Origin: a virus
DNA: 64,000 nucleotides
IMG/VR virus record: IMGVR_UViG_3300045988_051354
Span: 35,058 to 99,057 of that record
Strand: one strand, 5' to 3'
Below the pieces are notes generated by a model. That model did not search any database. It saw only the letters and a program-made list of their open reading frames with translations, and was not told where the DNA came from. The position numbers and the translations under genes are program-made. This document shows positions 30,375 through 39,960 of this stretch, one piece after another. The stretch's first letter is position 1, and every line of letters begins with the position of its first letter.

Positions 30375-30460
30375 AGCCAGAACGGGAGTCGAACCCGCAC
30401 GAGCACTTCTGCCCACCAGATTTTAAGTCTGACGCGTCTACCAGTTCCGCCATCTGGCCA
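30375..30460 (-). tRNA. tRNA-Leu(UAA), class II
   Basis: Acceptor GGCCAGA/TCTGGCT. Anticodon stem CAGA/TCTG with loop CTTAAAA. Long variable arm. T-arm GCGGG-TTCGACT-CCCGT. Confidence 0.75.
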
Positions 30461-30686
30461 TCCTTGTTACACAATACATGCAAGAAGTAACATTACTGTA
30501 GTTACTATTGATATGGAGAACATCACTTTAGTAAATTTATCATTGACATTCCATGTCATTCCTAGAGCTGCACTTCCTAAGGACATTGCAGCTAGAGTTA
30601 CCAACACATACTTTAAAACCATCATATTTCACACTGCTCTTCATTTAATCTATCAATCCAATTGATTAATAGACGATACAACCATT

Positions 30687-30956
30687 TCATTTCCTTAATA
30701 CTTTCTTTGCATATTCACCATAGGAACCATGTCTCTTCATAAACGGAGTTAGAAACCTATAATCGAATTTATAATCACATACATCATAATCGTTCACAAT
30801 CTCCCTACTAGAAGAAATCTCATAGTCTAGGATATCTTTAAGTGTTAGAATATCTCTAGTCTGTTGCCTTTGGTGTCTCTTAACCCTTCGGTTATACCAA
30901 TTGCGTTTAACTTTAGGTCCTTTAACAATAGGAATTTTACGTCTACTTCTAGTCAT
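30687..30956 (-). CDS. hypothetical basic protein
   Basis: 89 aa, Arg/Lys-rich. Confidence 0.45.
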   Translation of the reverse strand: MTRSRRKIPIVKGPKVKRNWYNRRVKRHQRQQTRDILTLKDILDYEISSSREIVNDYDVCDYKFDYRFLTPFMKRHGSYGEYAKKVLRK

Positions 30957-31350
30957 TTAATACATAATCACAATAAGTATCAACAAAATCTTTGGCTTCT
31001 TTCAAACCACATTTGGCAGATTCTTTTACATGCTTAACTGTTTGTAGTTTGGTACCCCTCTGCACAAGCTGCTTCATCTTAAAAAAGTCTTCACATGACA
31101 AATCAATTGTATTATTCCAACGCTTCTTGTATGCAAGCATTGCATCATTATACTCTTGAGGATGTTCTGTCCAAGTGATTTGCTGGTCCAGGATAACTGT
31201 ACAAGTTCCATCAAGTATATCATACTCTCTGGATTCTACAGTAAATTTGCCAGCTTCTAGCACCACTGTGTCTGTAGGGAATGGAATCATCTCTGATGAG
31301 ATTGATACTTCCTCTATTGTCTTATCGTCTTTTACAAACTTTACGTACAT
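30949..31350 (-). CDS. Protein with ribosomal bL12 (L7/L12) C-terminal-domain-like region
   Basis: C-terminus KLQTVKHVKESAKCGLKEAKDFVD matches the bL12 CTD signature K..VIK.VR..TGLGLKEAKDLVE. Confidence 0.45.
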   Translation of the reverse strand: MYVKFVKDDKTIEEVSISSEMIPFPTDTVVLEAGKFTVESREYDILDGTCTVILDQQITWTEHPQEYNDAMLAYKKRWNNTIDLSCEDFFKMKQLVQRGTKLQTVKHVKESAKCGLKEAKDFVDTYCDYVLND

Positions 31351-31375
31351 AATCTTTAAGTATTAATTAGTAATG

Positions 31376-31449
31376 TGGCGAGAAGGTGACTCGAACACCC
31401 AACCTTGATATTATGAGTATCACGCTCTAACCAGTTGAGCTATCTCGCC
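31376..31449 (-). tRNA. tRNA-Met(CAU) (first of three CAU tRNAs)
   Basis: GGCGAGATAGCTCAACTGGTTAGAGCGTGATACTCATAATATCAAGGTTGGGTGTTCGAGTCACCTTCTCGCCA, a clean cloverleaf. Confidence 0.8.
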
Positions 31450-31570
31450 ATTAATAAGAACATAAAGCTCGTCGTGTTTACATCGTCACCAATGTAACCT
31501 TAATACCTCCCGTTTGCTTCACTGCCGGCTAGTTTGGCTTTGTCTCCTTATGTTCTTATGGATTTATAAG

Positions 31571-32374
31571 TTAACGATATTTATCGAATATGCTATCCGT
31601 AGCTTCAGTATCCCACATAGTAGCAATAATTGCTCCTATTTCATTTGCCTTAAAGACAATTGGATCCTCAAGCTGACGTTTTCTAGCCTCTTCTTTACCT
31701 GAATACATTCTGATAGTTATATTATCTGTCATAGTATCATAGGGAGCTGCTATACACCAGTCACTGTCATTTAAGGTAAGTGGACTGAAGCTTACACTGT
31801 CCTCAACTTCTGGGTGTCCTATAGCACGCATATATTGCCATCCAGAAGAGATATCGTCCACTACAAACGGGAATCTTGAGAAGTATTCAACGATTTCATT
31901 TACTATACTCTTTGGCATATCGGAATCTATATCTATTCTAGGAACCCATTGCATGTTATTAATATTCCTTATTTTACGCAATTCCTCTCCGGCCTTTACA
32001 ATAGCTTCAATGTTCTCTTCAGGGATAACTCCCTTATAAGTTGAAATGGGACCACAAGCTAAGTTGTACTTCTTCAATACTTTAAAGAAATCATCATAAG
32101 GAACTATCATACAAGAGGGACTAACTTTCTTGATTCTGTCAATAAGAGAGGCAATTTCATCTCTAGATTTACTAGAACCTTTAGCAGTTAATAGAGTACG
32201 AAGTACTTCAGCATTCTTAGTTCTACCTAATCCATTAGCTTCCAGCTTAGCAATCTGAGCTTTAATATCTTCTGTCTTATCGACATTCTGCCCTTCCAAG
32301 TATTTCTTACAATACTCCATAGAAGCAACTACTAGGGCATTACGTAGAGCTTCTGCATTCAAATTATTTACCAT
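31571..32374 (-). CDS. hypothetical protein, paralogue of ORF 27091..27912
   Basis: See ORF 27091. Confidence 0.55.
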   Translation of the reverse strand: MVNNLNAEALRNALVVASMEYCKKYLEGQNVDKTEDIKAQIAKLEANGLGRTKNAEVLRTLLTAKGSSKSRDEIASLIDRIKKVSPSCMIVPYDDFFKVLKKYNLACGPISTYKGVIPEENIEAIVKAGEELRKIRNINNMQWVPRIDIDSDMPKSIVNEIVEYFSRFPFVVDDISSGWQYMRAIGHPEVEDSVSFSPLTLNDSDWCIAAPYDTMTDNITIRMYSGKEEARKRQLEDPIVFKANEIGAIIATMWDTEATDSIFDKYR

Positions 32375-32837
32375 TGTTATGACTTATTATACTAGTTATA
32401 TAACGCACACTATACACTATGAACGAACAGCCACTACTTCCAGTTACTAAGAGTAAGAGTACACATATAAGCTGATTGTGCCAAGGTCCGTACTCGGTTC
32501 TAGATATATTAAAATAGAATGTATTCTTAACACCATTAATAATAGCCCTATTCCAGGTTGGGGTGTCTACGGCTAGCTTAAATGTGTTATTAAACCCTTC
32601 AGCTTGTAATACAAGTTTATTTACCTTCTTAGTAGTAGAATTACCATCTTGTGTAATAGTTTCATCCTCTACTATTCTGTCTATGACTTTGCATTTAACT
32701 CTGTGGTCAACATTCATATCATGCCAGAACTGAGTAGTATATACTTTAATACATAAACATAGTATTAACAAAGCTACTATTGCAATCCTTCCTGAAACCT
32801 TTTCAATTTCAGGTCTTAAGTCAATTATTGTTGGCAT
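32364..32837 (-). CDS. hypothetical membrane protein
   Basis: 157 aa with N-terminal and C-terminal TM segments. Confidence 0.45.
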   Translation of the reverse strand: MPTIIDLRPEIEKVSGRIAIVALLILCLCIKVYTTQFWHDMNVDHRVKCKVIDRIVEDETITQDGNSTTKKVNKLVLQAEGFNNTFKLAVDTPTWNRAIINGVKNTFYFNISRTEYGPWHNQLICVLLLLVTGSSGCSFIVYSVRYITSIISHNNGK

Positions 32838-33019
32838 CTTTTACACTTAATAATTGCGTTGCTGTATTCAGTCCTAATTCATATGCTTCAGCAATCAATA
32901 CCACTGCATCGGCTAATGTAAGCTTGTTATTATTTGCTTCAGCAAACTCACCTGCTTCTTCAAAGATTTCTTTCAAATTATCTGCCATAATTAAATAAGT
33001 TTTAAAGTTACTACTCTAG

Positions 33020-33100
33020 TAGGGTAGGAGAGACTCGAACTCTCACACCCGAAGGCATCAGTGCCTAAAACTGACGTGTCTACCATTCCACCACTACCCC
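33020..33100 (-). tRNA. tRNA-Leu(UAG), class II
   Basis: Acceptor GGGGTAG/CTACCCT. Anticodon stem TCAGT/ACTGA with loop TTTAGGC. Variable arm TGCCTTCGGGTGTG. T-arm GAGAG-TTCGAGT-CTCTC. Confidence 0.7.
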
Positions 33101-33101
33101 A

Positions 33102-33344
33102 TTACCGTTTTAATAATTTAATGAACTCATCTTCATTCCCCTTGTAGTATTGCTGAAGATATGCTATATATACAGCTTCATTCTTAACTATTTGAGGGAA
33201 TTTATTCTCAAACTCAATTACTCTCTCTTCTCCAACTACGCTAACATGAAAGCCTCTAGCATCATTACTAGGACTGCATAGCAACATAAATAAAATAACT
33301 ATTAGATACTTCATTATAAATAAAAGAAAGAGGAGTGTTGCCAC
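33102..33344 (-). CDS. hypothetical secreted/membrane small protein
   Basis: 80 aa. N-terminal signal-like MATLLFLLFIMKYLIVILFMLLC. Confidence 0.4.
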   Translation of the reverse strand: MATLLFLLFIMKYLIVILFMLLCSPSNDARGFHVSVVGEERVIEFENKFPQIVKNEAVYIAYLQQYYKGNEDEFIKLLKR

Positions 33345-33374
33345 TCCCTTTCTAGTTTTAACCCAAAGTCAGTG

Positions 33375-34814
33375 TTAATCTTTAAAGTCGTTACGACTAT
33401 ATTCGAAATAAGTTTCACACATCTTTAAAGTCGTTTCAATCTTATCGGCTCCAAGCAATCCTATTAACCCAGCGGCTAATTTATCAGCAGGAGTTTCGAT
33501 AATAGCTTTCTTAGAAGCGAGACCAACTTGACGTTGATAGGATTCAACACTGGTCTTAATATGGAACGATGTTACATGGGTCTCCTCAGTAAAGATAAGC
33601 TTAGACTTAGTAGATTCTACAATTTCAGCCATAAATGCCGGAGCAATCTGTGCCTTAGCAATGTAGTTACATACATCTGACAAGTCGTCGTCTACGCTAT
33701 AACCTTCAGCTTCGGAGAATGTTTCACGAATAAACCTTTCAGCTGTCTCAGCATCAAGACAATCCATAGTAATCACAGAACCAATTCTTTTACCTCTTAA
33801 GAAGGTAGGTTCAATCAGCTCAATATGATTAGTAGTAAATAAAGTGATTACGTTCATATCTTTGGTATCGCCACCATCCAAAGTATTCAGAATATCCTGC
33901 ATTGCAGAATCTCTGTTACCTCTAGTTACCTGGTCAATATCCTCTACAAAGACAATAACACCATGACCTGAACGGTCTACCACTTTACACATACGGAGAG
34001 TTTCAGCCAACAGAGAAGGGTCTTTTAGATATACGAATGACCATCCGTTGTTTACCGCATCTTTGGCCAGTTTAAATGCCAGTAGGGTCTTACCAGTACC
34101 ATATTTACCTTCCAGTAAGCAGCCATACTTCAAAGGAATACCCTTTGCAATACATTTCTCTGGGTACAAGATTCTTGAACGAAGCGGTTGCAGCTCAAAT
34201 TCTGTCTTCTTTGACAGAACCATAAACTGCTTATCGATACCGGCTAGAGTCATAATCTTCGGTTCACTCAGATTGGTAATTTCAAGTGCCTGGTTCTTAT
34301 AGATAGATTCAGTTGCGAGCAATTCTTTAGTTCTTTCAACAATATCATCAATAAGAGATTGGTACTTGAATTGGCACTGACCTTTAACCAATAGTAAATG
34401 ACGGTCGTTGTCATAGTTAATATTGATTTCAGAATCCTCACCAAGTTCTTCCAAAGAGATTTTACCAAAAGGTACTTTAGTACGAGAGCCATCAGCTAAG
34501 ATAACATCTACGGTGTCAATATTACTGTTGCCGGAAGGACTCTTATCCTCCTTACTAACAGCAGAACCAAACACTTCATTGATAGCTCTATTCAGCTGAT
34601 ACACGCCATCTGGTTTCCAACATAGGAGTGTGTACTTGAATGATGCCATCTTCTTAGACTGCTTGATTTCGCCTTCAATGAAGCCCAGAACGTCTGCATA
34701 CTTCATATTACTTTGGCACACTTCGATGATTCTCTGTTTCTGAGATTCCTCGTACTTGTTAACTCTAGCTGCTATAGCAGCGGTGGTTCCTTGCGGAATA
34801 ATGTTCTTCGCCAT
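33375..34814 (-). CDS. AAA+ ATPase
   Basis: Walker A LLEGKYGTGKTLLAF. Walker B VIVFVEDIDQ. Sensor-1 TTNH. An arginine-finger-like R follows. Confidence 0.7.
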   Translation of the reverse strand: MAKNIIPQGTTAAIAARVNKYEESQKQRIIEVCQSNMKYADVLGFIEGEIKQSKKMASFKYTLLCWKPDGVYQLNRAINEVFGSAVSKEDKSPSGNSNIDTVDVILADGSRTKVPFGKISLEELGEDSEININYDNDRHLLLVKGQCQFKYQSLIDDIVERTKELLATESIYKNQALEITNLSEPKIMTLAGIDKQFMVLSKKTEFELQPLRSRILYPEKCIAKGIPLKYGCLLEGKYGTGKTLLAFKLAKDAVNNGWSFVYLKDPSLLAETLRMCKVVDRSGHGVIVFVEDIDQVTRGNRDSAMQDILNTLDGGDTKDMNVITLFTTNHIELIEPTFLRGKRIGSVITMDCLDAETAERFIRETFSEAEGYSVDDDLSDVCNYIAKAQIAPAFMAEIVESTKSKLIFTEETHVTSFHIKTSVESYQRQVGLASKKAIIETPADKLAAGLIGLLGADKIETTLKMCETYFEYSRNDFKD

Positions 34815-35080
34815 TACTTGTTAGGTTTATTAATCTTATTTACTTCCTTAATAATTGCCTCGCAATTCTCTCTGGTTGTAGTTAAACAACCTAATTGAAT
34901 GATTGAACCATCTTGAGTGACGGTAAGATTCTTATCATCAATTGTGGTTCTACATTCACTTCCCCTAATAATACTTTTAATCAATGGGTAGGGTAATGCA
35001 GTATTCTTACAGAATATTACATTCTTGCCTTCCACATAAATGACATCGTAGCCGTCAATGCTACCTACTACCTTCCTCAT
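34814..35080 (-). CDS. hypothetical protein
   Basis: 88 aa. Confidence 0.4.
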   Translation of the reverse strand: MRKVVGSIDGYDVIYVEGKNVIFCKNTALPYPLIKSIIRGSECRTTIDDKNLTVTQDGSIIQLGCLTTTRENCEAIIKEVNKINKPNK

Positions 35081-35102
35081 AAAAGATTCTTATCATCAAT
35101 TG

Positions 35103-35176
35103 TGTGGGCCCAGCCAGACTTGAACTGACAACCTCAACATTATGAGTGTTTTGCTCTAACCAATTGAGCTATGAGC
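35103..35176 (-). tRNA. tRNA-Met/Ile2(CAU) (second CAU tRNA)
   Basis: GGGCTCATAGCTCAATTGGTTAGAGCAAAACACTCATAATGTTGAGGTTGTCAGTTCAAGTCTGGCTGGGCCCA. Confidence 0.75.
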
Positions 35177-35260
35177 CCTTAATTCTTTAAGACTAACACA
35201 ATTAATAGTAAGGTCTTATTAATAACAAACTCATTAACATATTAAAATCATAATTAGTAG

Positions 35261-35330
35261 TTGGACCACCAGGATTCGAACCTGGACAAACAGAACCAAA
35301 ACCTGTTGTGCTGCCGTTACACCATAGTCC
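35261..35330 (-). tRNA. tRNA-Gln(UUG)
   Basis: Acceptor TGGACTA/TGGTCCA. Anticodon stem ACAGG/TCTGT with loop TTTTGGT. T-arm CCAGG-TTCGAAT-CCTGG. Confidence 0.7.
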
Positions 35331-35346
35331 AATTACTAAGGGAATA

Positions 35347-36393
35347 CTATGACTCCCTTACATACTCTTCATAAATATACAGTTCAAAGTTAGGTCTTAT
35401 AAACATATCTTTGTCTGTAGCTTCGTCCCAATGAGTAACTATAACCTTCTTGCGAACGTTATGGCTAAACATAGAATCAATATTGAGACTATGCCTAAAC
35501 AAAACTGGATCAAACTCTATAGCCCGGAAAGATTTCTGAAAGTCGTTAAATTGGTTGTTGGGGTCTACAACAGATCTAACTGGCTTATCAGAAGGAAACG
35601 GACCGTTACCATGACGCGTTATGTATGGTCTAGTAACGTAATTAACCGTAACGGTGTCATTACATCCAATTTGTTTTAGTATTCGATGAGCATTCTGTGA
35701 TGTTGTATTAGATGGAGTGCAATGGGGCATTATTCCGAATCTTTGGTCTAGTAATATACCTTGGGAACCTTCAAAGATAAGATTGTCGTAATCTTCCCAT
35801 ATAGCTTCTAAGGTACTTACTTGGACAGTGTTGAAATATGCATTCACAGTTCTGCACCAATTATCCAAGTCAATTGATGGATATACACTATTCATGTGAT
35901 AATAGTTGTCTGCTATTGCATTAACTTTCTCCCTAAGAATATGTATATTCAAGCAATCTATAACCATAAGATTATACCCCGACTTCACTCGGTCTAAACA
36001 CGTTTTAAAACCAGTCCCTACAGTACCATGACGTAGATTTACTACGTCACTTACTTGGGAATAGACGTCGAATGGTACTATGACTTGACATAATGGATTA
36101 TAAATAATTTTAGGAGTAATACCTAATTTCTTTAAATCCATTGCTTCAAGTGTAGAGGTTACTGGGTCTACAGTACAGTATTCAGACCAATATGTAGGCA
36201 CTCCTAGCAAGGTTCCACTTCCAAAGTTACTAAATGTGTGCATAAGGTCTCCGTATTTAACAGTATGGCCAACTTGATGTCCACCACTAAACCTTATTAC
36301 AAGTGAGTTCTCTGGATTCTTAGCACATATATTATGTACCGTCTGTCCCTTACCTTCATCGCCCATAAATGAGCCTAACACTATACTAATCAT
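35347..36393 (-). CDS. purA: Adenylosuccinate synthetase (PurA)-like
   Basis: The PurA N-terminal GDEGKG P-loop is present, followed by RFSGGHQVGHTV (compare GGxNAGHT). Start placed at the internal Met (MISIVLGSFMGDEGKG) because the tracked ORF's 5' extension overlaps the vWA gene. Confidence 0.6.
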   Translation of the reverse strand: MISIVLGSFMGDEGKGQTVHNICAKNPENSLVIRFSGGHQVGHTVKYGDLMHTFSNFGSGTLLGVPTYWSEYCTVDPVTSTLEAMDLKKLGITPKIIYNPLCQVIVPFDVYSQVSDVVNLRHGTVGTGFKTCLDRVKSGYNLMVIDCLNIHILREKVNAIADNYYHMNSVYPSIDLDNWCRTVNAYFNTVQVSTLEAIWEDYDNLIFEGSQGILLDQRFGIMPHCTPSNTTSQNAHRILKQIGCNDTVTVNYVTRPYITRHGNGPFPSDKPVRSVVDPNNQFNDFQKSFRAIEFDPVLFRHSLNIDSMFSHNVRKKVIVTHWDEATDKDMFIRPNFELYIYEEYVRES

Positions 36394-36397
36394 GATT

Positions 36398-37318
36398 TTA
36401 ATAGAAATTTTGTTTGTCTTCGGTAGTTGTACTACTAGAAGCATCACTAGGAGTTTCTGCATACACAGGCTCCTCGTAATTGTCTTTAATTGCTTTAGCA
36501 ATTACTTTATCCACTTCATCAGATTTGCACATTAGTACATTCTGTCCAAGTAGATTCTTCCAAGATTCAGCCACCCTTGTGCCATAACTGGCATTAGTAA
36601 TGTGAATGTGGAATACATGGTACTGCTCTTGTGCTTTCAGAATTGCTTCATTAGCACTAATAGAACCAGCACCTTTTTGATACCCTAGAATTTCAGTCAA
36701 ACTGTTACCTGGGATTCCTTGTAGATTAGGTTCATCACCAATAGTAAACAAGAATCCTTTAGTGTGTCTTTTGAACCAAGAATCGGTTTCAGTGTGATAT
36801 CCTGCAACTATGTGAGCTAATAAATAGCTCTCACCTGCATTACCACCACCTCCACCTTCTATTACTAAGGACTCTAATGAATTTAGAATCTTCTCAGTAT
36901 CAGATTCAAACTGTCCAACCTGAATAGGATATCTATCGTATTCGTGGTCTCCAACTGCCATAAACAACAATTGAGGATCACGTACTCCCATTTGCATGAC
37001 AGAATCCATAATCTTAGGTAAATGGTTCTTAATCATTTCATAAGGAGTATTCATCATTGAACCAGTAACATCCAGTGCAATGATTATCGGAGTAGAGTAT
37101 GGATGTTCTTGGGAGTCACGACACTCACGAACTCCAACATTGACCATTTCAGCTTTAACTTGAGTATTAAAGCTACGTGCATTTACATTAAATGACGCTG
37201 CTGTATTACTAGCATTTACTGAAATGTTCTTAAAGAGCTGGTCACGCGATGCTTTAGCATATCCTCTATCATCGGATAAAGTGCTATAAGCAATACTACT
37301 GTAAACACCACTTCCCAT
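36398..37318 (-). CDS. von Willebrand factor type A (vWA) domain protein
   Basis: MIDAS motif IIIALDVTGSM (DxSxS), then downstream T and D residues. Ser/Thr-rich C-terminus. Confidence 0.6.
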   Translation of the reverse strand: MGSGVYSSIAYSTLSDDRGYAKASRDQLFKNISVNASNTAASFNVNARSFNTQVKAEMVNVGVRECRDSQEHPYSTPIIIALDVTGSMMNTPYEMIKNHLPKIMDSVMQMGVRDPQLLFMAVGDHEYDRYPIQVGQFESDTEKILNSLESLVIEGGGGGNAGESYLLAHIVAGYHTETDSWFKRHTKGFLFTIGDEPNLQGIPGNSLTEILGYQKGAGSISANEAILKAQEQYHVFHIHITNASYGTRVAESWKNLLGQNVLMCKSDEVDKVIAKAIKDNYEEPVYAETPSDASSSTTTEDKQNFY

Positions 37319-37320
37319 GA

Positions 37321-37701
37321 TTAATTATCTAATGGGTTAGTAATGTCTCCTTTTACATCATCCAAATTAATGGATTCTGTTGCATCAGCAGGAAATTCTT
37401 CTTCGTCTACCTGCATGGCTAGAGCAAGTTCAATCTTTGCAACACGCAGTTTACGTGCCAATTCATGTCTTGTTTTTACCCATTCAGCCGGATTCAGATT
37501 CTCTCCCGGATTCAAAGAGTCTCTTGATTTAACGGCAAGATCATTATGCTTATTGATTTCTCCCTGAATACGGAGTACTTTCAACTTGCAGTCCTGAACG
37601 AATCTGTCTTCTTCAATTTTAGTCAATTCATACAGATTCTGTGCTCTTGCATCAAGTACACTCTGACCACTCTTACTCAATTTCTCTTTAAAACTGCTCA
37701 T
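37321..37701 (-). CDS. hypothetical coiled-coil protein
   Basis: 126 aa. Confidence 0.45.
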   Translation of the reverse strand: MSSFKEKLSKSGQSVLDARAQNLYELTKIEEDRFVQDCKLKVLRIQGEINKHNDLAVKSRDSLNPGENLNPAEWVKTRHELARKLRVAKIELALAMQVDEEEFPADATESINLDDVKGDITNPLDN

Positions 37702-37783
37702 TTACATTTCACATTAACATGTTAACTTCATAAGCATCTCTGTGTGTTAAAAATAATCTAACAATAGCCTAAGACTATCATCG

Positions 37784-37856
37784 AGCCTCCTACCGGGATC
37801 GAACCGATAACCTATCGCTTACAAGACGATTGCTCTGCCAGTTGAGCTAAGGAGGC
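37784..37856 (-). tRNA. tRNA-Thr(UGU)
   Basis: GCCTCCTTAGCTCAACTGGCAGAGCAATCGTCTTGTAAGCGATAGGTTATCGGTTCGATCCCGGTAGGAGGCT. Confidence 0.8.
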
Positions 37857-37861
37857 AATTT

Positions 37862-37903
37862 CAGAAGACTTTGATATAAAACTATACTGCTGTAGTCTTC
37901 TTA
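37862..37903 (-). promoter_or_regulatory. conserved inverted-repeat element (AGAAGAC...GCTGTAGTCTTCT) between tRNA-Asp and tRNA-Thr
   Basis: Fourth copy of the element also seen at 45525, 48238 and 48723. Confidence 0.45.
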
Positions 37904-37919
37904 TGCAAATCAAAGATTG

Positions 37920-37991
37920 CGGTGCATACGGGAATCGAACCCGTACCCCAAGATAGACAGTCTAGTATCCTAACCTTTAGACCAATGCACC
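37920..37991 (-). tRNA. tRNA-Asp(GUC)
   Basis: Acceptor GGTGCAT/ATGCACC. Anticodon loop CTGTCTA, with one stem mismatch. T-arm ACGGG-TTCGATT-CCCGT. Confidence 0.6.
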
Positions 37992-38318
37992 ATAGAGCTA
38001 GCTTACCTACACTTAACTTCCGTTCCCGGACACAGGATTCAACTTCCGTTCCTAAGTGTATTGTCTCTTCCCGCCAGCTGAGGTATTCCCAATGTTATTG
38101 ATAGGTGTCCATCTCTTCAAATAACTTGGTATGCTAATGAGACTGGGCATATTTTAACTTAATTAAGTCTACAGAGGGTGGGTGTTAGCCGTTTCTATCC
38201 CACCATTGCGTACTACAGTGCTAACTACCGTCTAAGCTTCCATCCCTTACGTCGCCTTAGAGTGTACATGATTATTATTGCCTAATCAGTTACTTGATTG
38301 GAAGGATTATGTACAAGG

Positions 38319-38391
38319 TATTCCCAACGGGGCTCGAACCCGTATTTCCACCGTGAAAGGGTGATTACCTAACCAGTTAGTAGATGGGAAT
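38319..38391 (-). tRNA. tRNA-Glu(UUC)
   Basis: Acceptor ATTCCCA/TGGGAAT. Anticodon stem TCACC/GGTGG with loop CTTTCAC. T-arm ACGGG-TTCGAGC-CCCGT. Confidence 0.7.
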
Positions 38392-38632
38392 ATAAGAGTC
38401 ATGAATAGGAGGTATAAGCATAGTCTAAAACTAACTCAAAGGCTAAGACCAGCTGCATGAGCAAAGACAAAGATAACGACCTTTAAGGGATTCGTTTTTA
38501 TATGCAGCTGTCAGTACATTTTATAAGTTAATATGCCAAGATCTGTGGAAACAGATCTTAAAATTGCTATAAACTTTTATACCTTTCCTATTCATGTAAA
38601 GAGAGATTAGAATCTAAAGCGATTCAGGTTCT

Positions 38633-39520
38633 CTACACCTCAGTAGTGAGAGCTTTCAGCTTCTCATATGTTTTAGCAAGAGCTTCTGGAATAACAATCT
38701 TAAGAGCGGCAATCTTACTACGCTCTTCAATTTGCCAAGTTCTGAACTCAGTTCCTTTGGCTTGCATTGTCATACTATAGACTTCACTTGCATCCTTATA
38801 CTTACGTTCAAGTTCCAGATTGTGTTCCTCAACAAGCTTCTTGATTCTATATTTGTACTTATTCAATGCTCCTTCAACATTTCTATGTTTCTGTTGTAGT
38901 TGCATATAACAATCCTCTACTAAATCAGAGCTAATTGATGGGACGAAATGATACATCATTGCATTGACGCCTTCTCCTATTAGCTTATTAGGCTGTACCA
39001 TACGTTTCATCATATCAGTACGTGCCATAGAGAACGGTTTGTCTGGATGGATAAACTTACCTAGAGTAGCTGCTTCAGCTTCTAAGTTATAGTATTCCAT
39101 TCTTTCTGCAATAGAGAATGTAGCAATGGCATCCTTCTCATTCCACATAATACCTCTTTCAGGAACTTCGGGCATTTCGGAAAGATTCTCAAGGTAATCA
39201 CATAAGTCAGCATTATCAATGAGGCTTAGTTCCTCATCCTTAGCCTTAATAGCTTCACGCATCCAAGCACAGAAAGTATTCATTTCAGCGATTTCTTTAA
39301 GAAGTTCTGGTACAGAAGACAGGTATTGTTCGTTTCTACCTTCAGTTAAAATGGCAGCTTCACCTCCATTTAACAATCTTACAGTACTTGTAATAAATCC
39401 CACACCCTCTAAGGCTCTGCGATTAGATTCCATACATTCTTTAGCCAAATTAGCTAAATGATTAGCGGAAGTAGAAGTAATTCCCTTCTCGCCAAAGAAT
39501 ACACGATTAATTTCCTTCAT
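38633..39520 (-). CDS. hypothetical protein
   Basis: 295 aa. Confidence 0.55.
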   Translation of the reverse strand: MKEINRVFFGEKGITSTSANHLANLAKECMESNRRALEGVGFITSTVRLLNGGEAAILTEGRNEQYLSSVPELLKEIAEMNTFCAWMREAIKAKDEELSLIDNADLCDYLENLSEMPEVPERGIMWNEKDAIATFSIAERMEYYNLEAEAATLGKFIHPDKPFSMARTDMMKRMVQPNKLIGEGVNAMMYHFVPSISSDLVEDCYMQLQQKHRNVEGALNKYKYRIKKLVEEHNLELERKYKDASEVYSMTMQAKGTEFRTWQIEERSKIAALKIVIPEALAKTYEKLKALTTEV

Positions 39521-39544
39521 ATAAATCCTTATTAATTAAGTTAG

Positions 39545-39617
39545 TACCGGGTACGGGATTTGAACCCGTGTTACATGTGTGAGAGACATGCGTCCTATCC
39601 AATTAGACGAACCCGAC
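39545..39617 (-). tRNA. tRNA with anticodon CUC (Glu-type anticodon; identity uncertain)
   Basis: Acceptor GTCGGGT/ACCCGGT, with G-U pairs. Anticodon stem CATGT/ACATG with loop CTCTCAC. T-arm ACGGG-TTCAAAT-CCCGT. Confidence 0.55.
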
Positions 39618-39622
39618 ATCCG

Positions 39623-39910
39623 TTATGCCTTCCAGAAAGTGAATTCTGCATCACTTCCTCTTCCTACGTACTTTACTCCGAATCCATTGGCTCTATAAAT
39701 AGGTTCTACGTCTAACCAATGATTCTTAATAGCTTCTTCCTCTGTTATATTATCAGATGCTATATAGGCAATCACATCTGATTGTTTAAACGCGGAAGCC
39801 AGACCATTCCAATTCTTAACTATTAAAGTATTAAAAGCTAAGATAACCGCATCGGGTATAGACTTAAAGTCTCTACTCATCAATTCCCTTGAATTTAACA
39901 CTTTCACCAT
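39623..39910 (-). CDS. hypothetical protein
   Basis: 95 aa. Confidence 0.45.
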   Translation of the reverse strand: MVKVLNSRELMSRDFKSIPDAVILAFNTLIVKNWNGLASAFKQSDVIAYIASDNITEEEAIKNHWLDVEPIYRANGFGVKYVGRGSDAEFTFWKA

Positions 39911-39960
39911 AATTTTAGTAATTAGGTTAATAATAATTTCACAACTCTTATTAATCAGCG

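Noticed and set aside
38538-38562. Perfect hairpin aagatctgtggaaacagatctt as a rho-independent terminator
   Set aside because: Not followed by a U-run on either strand. Function undetermined.
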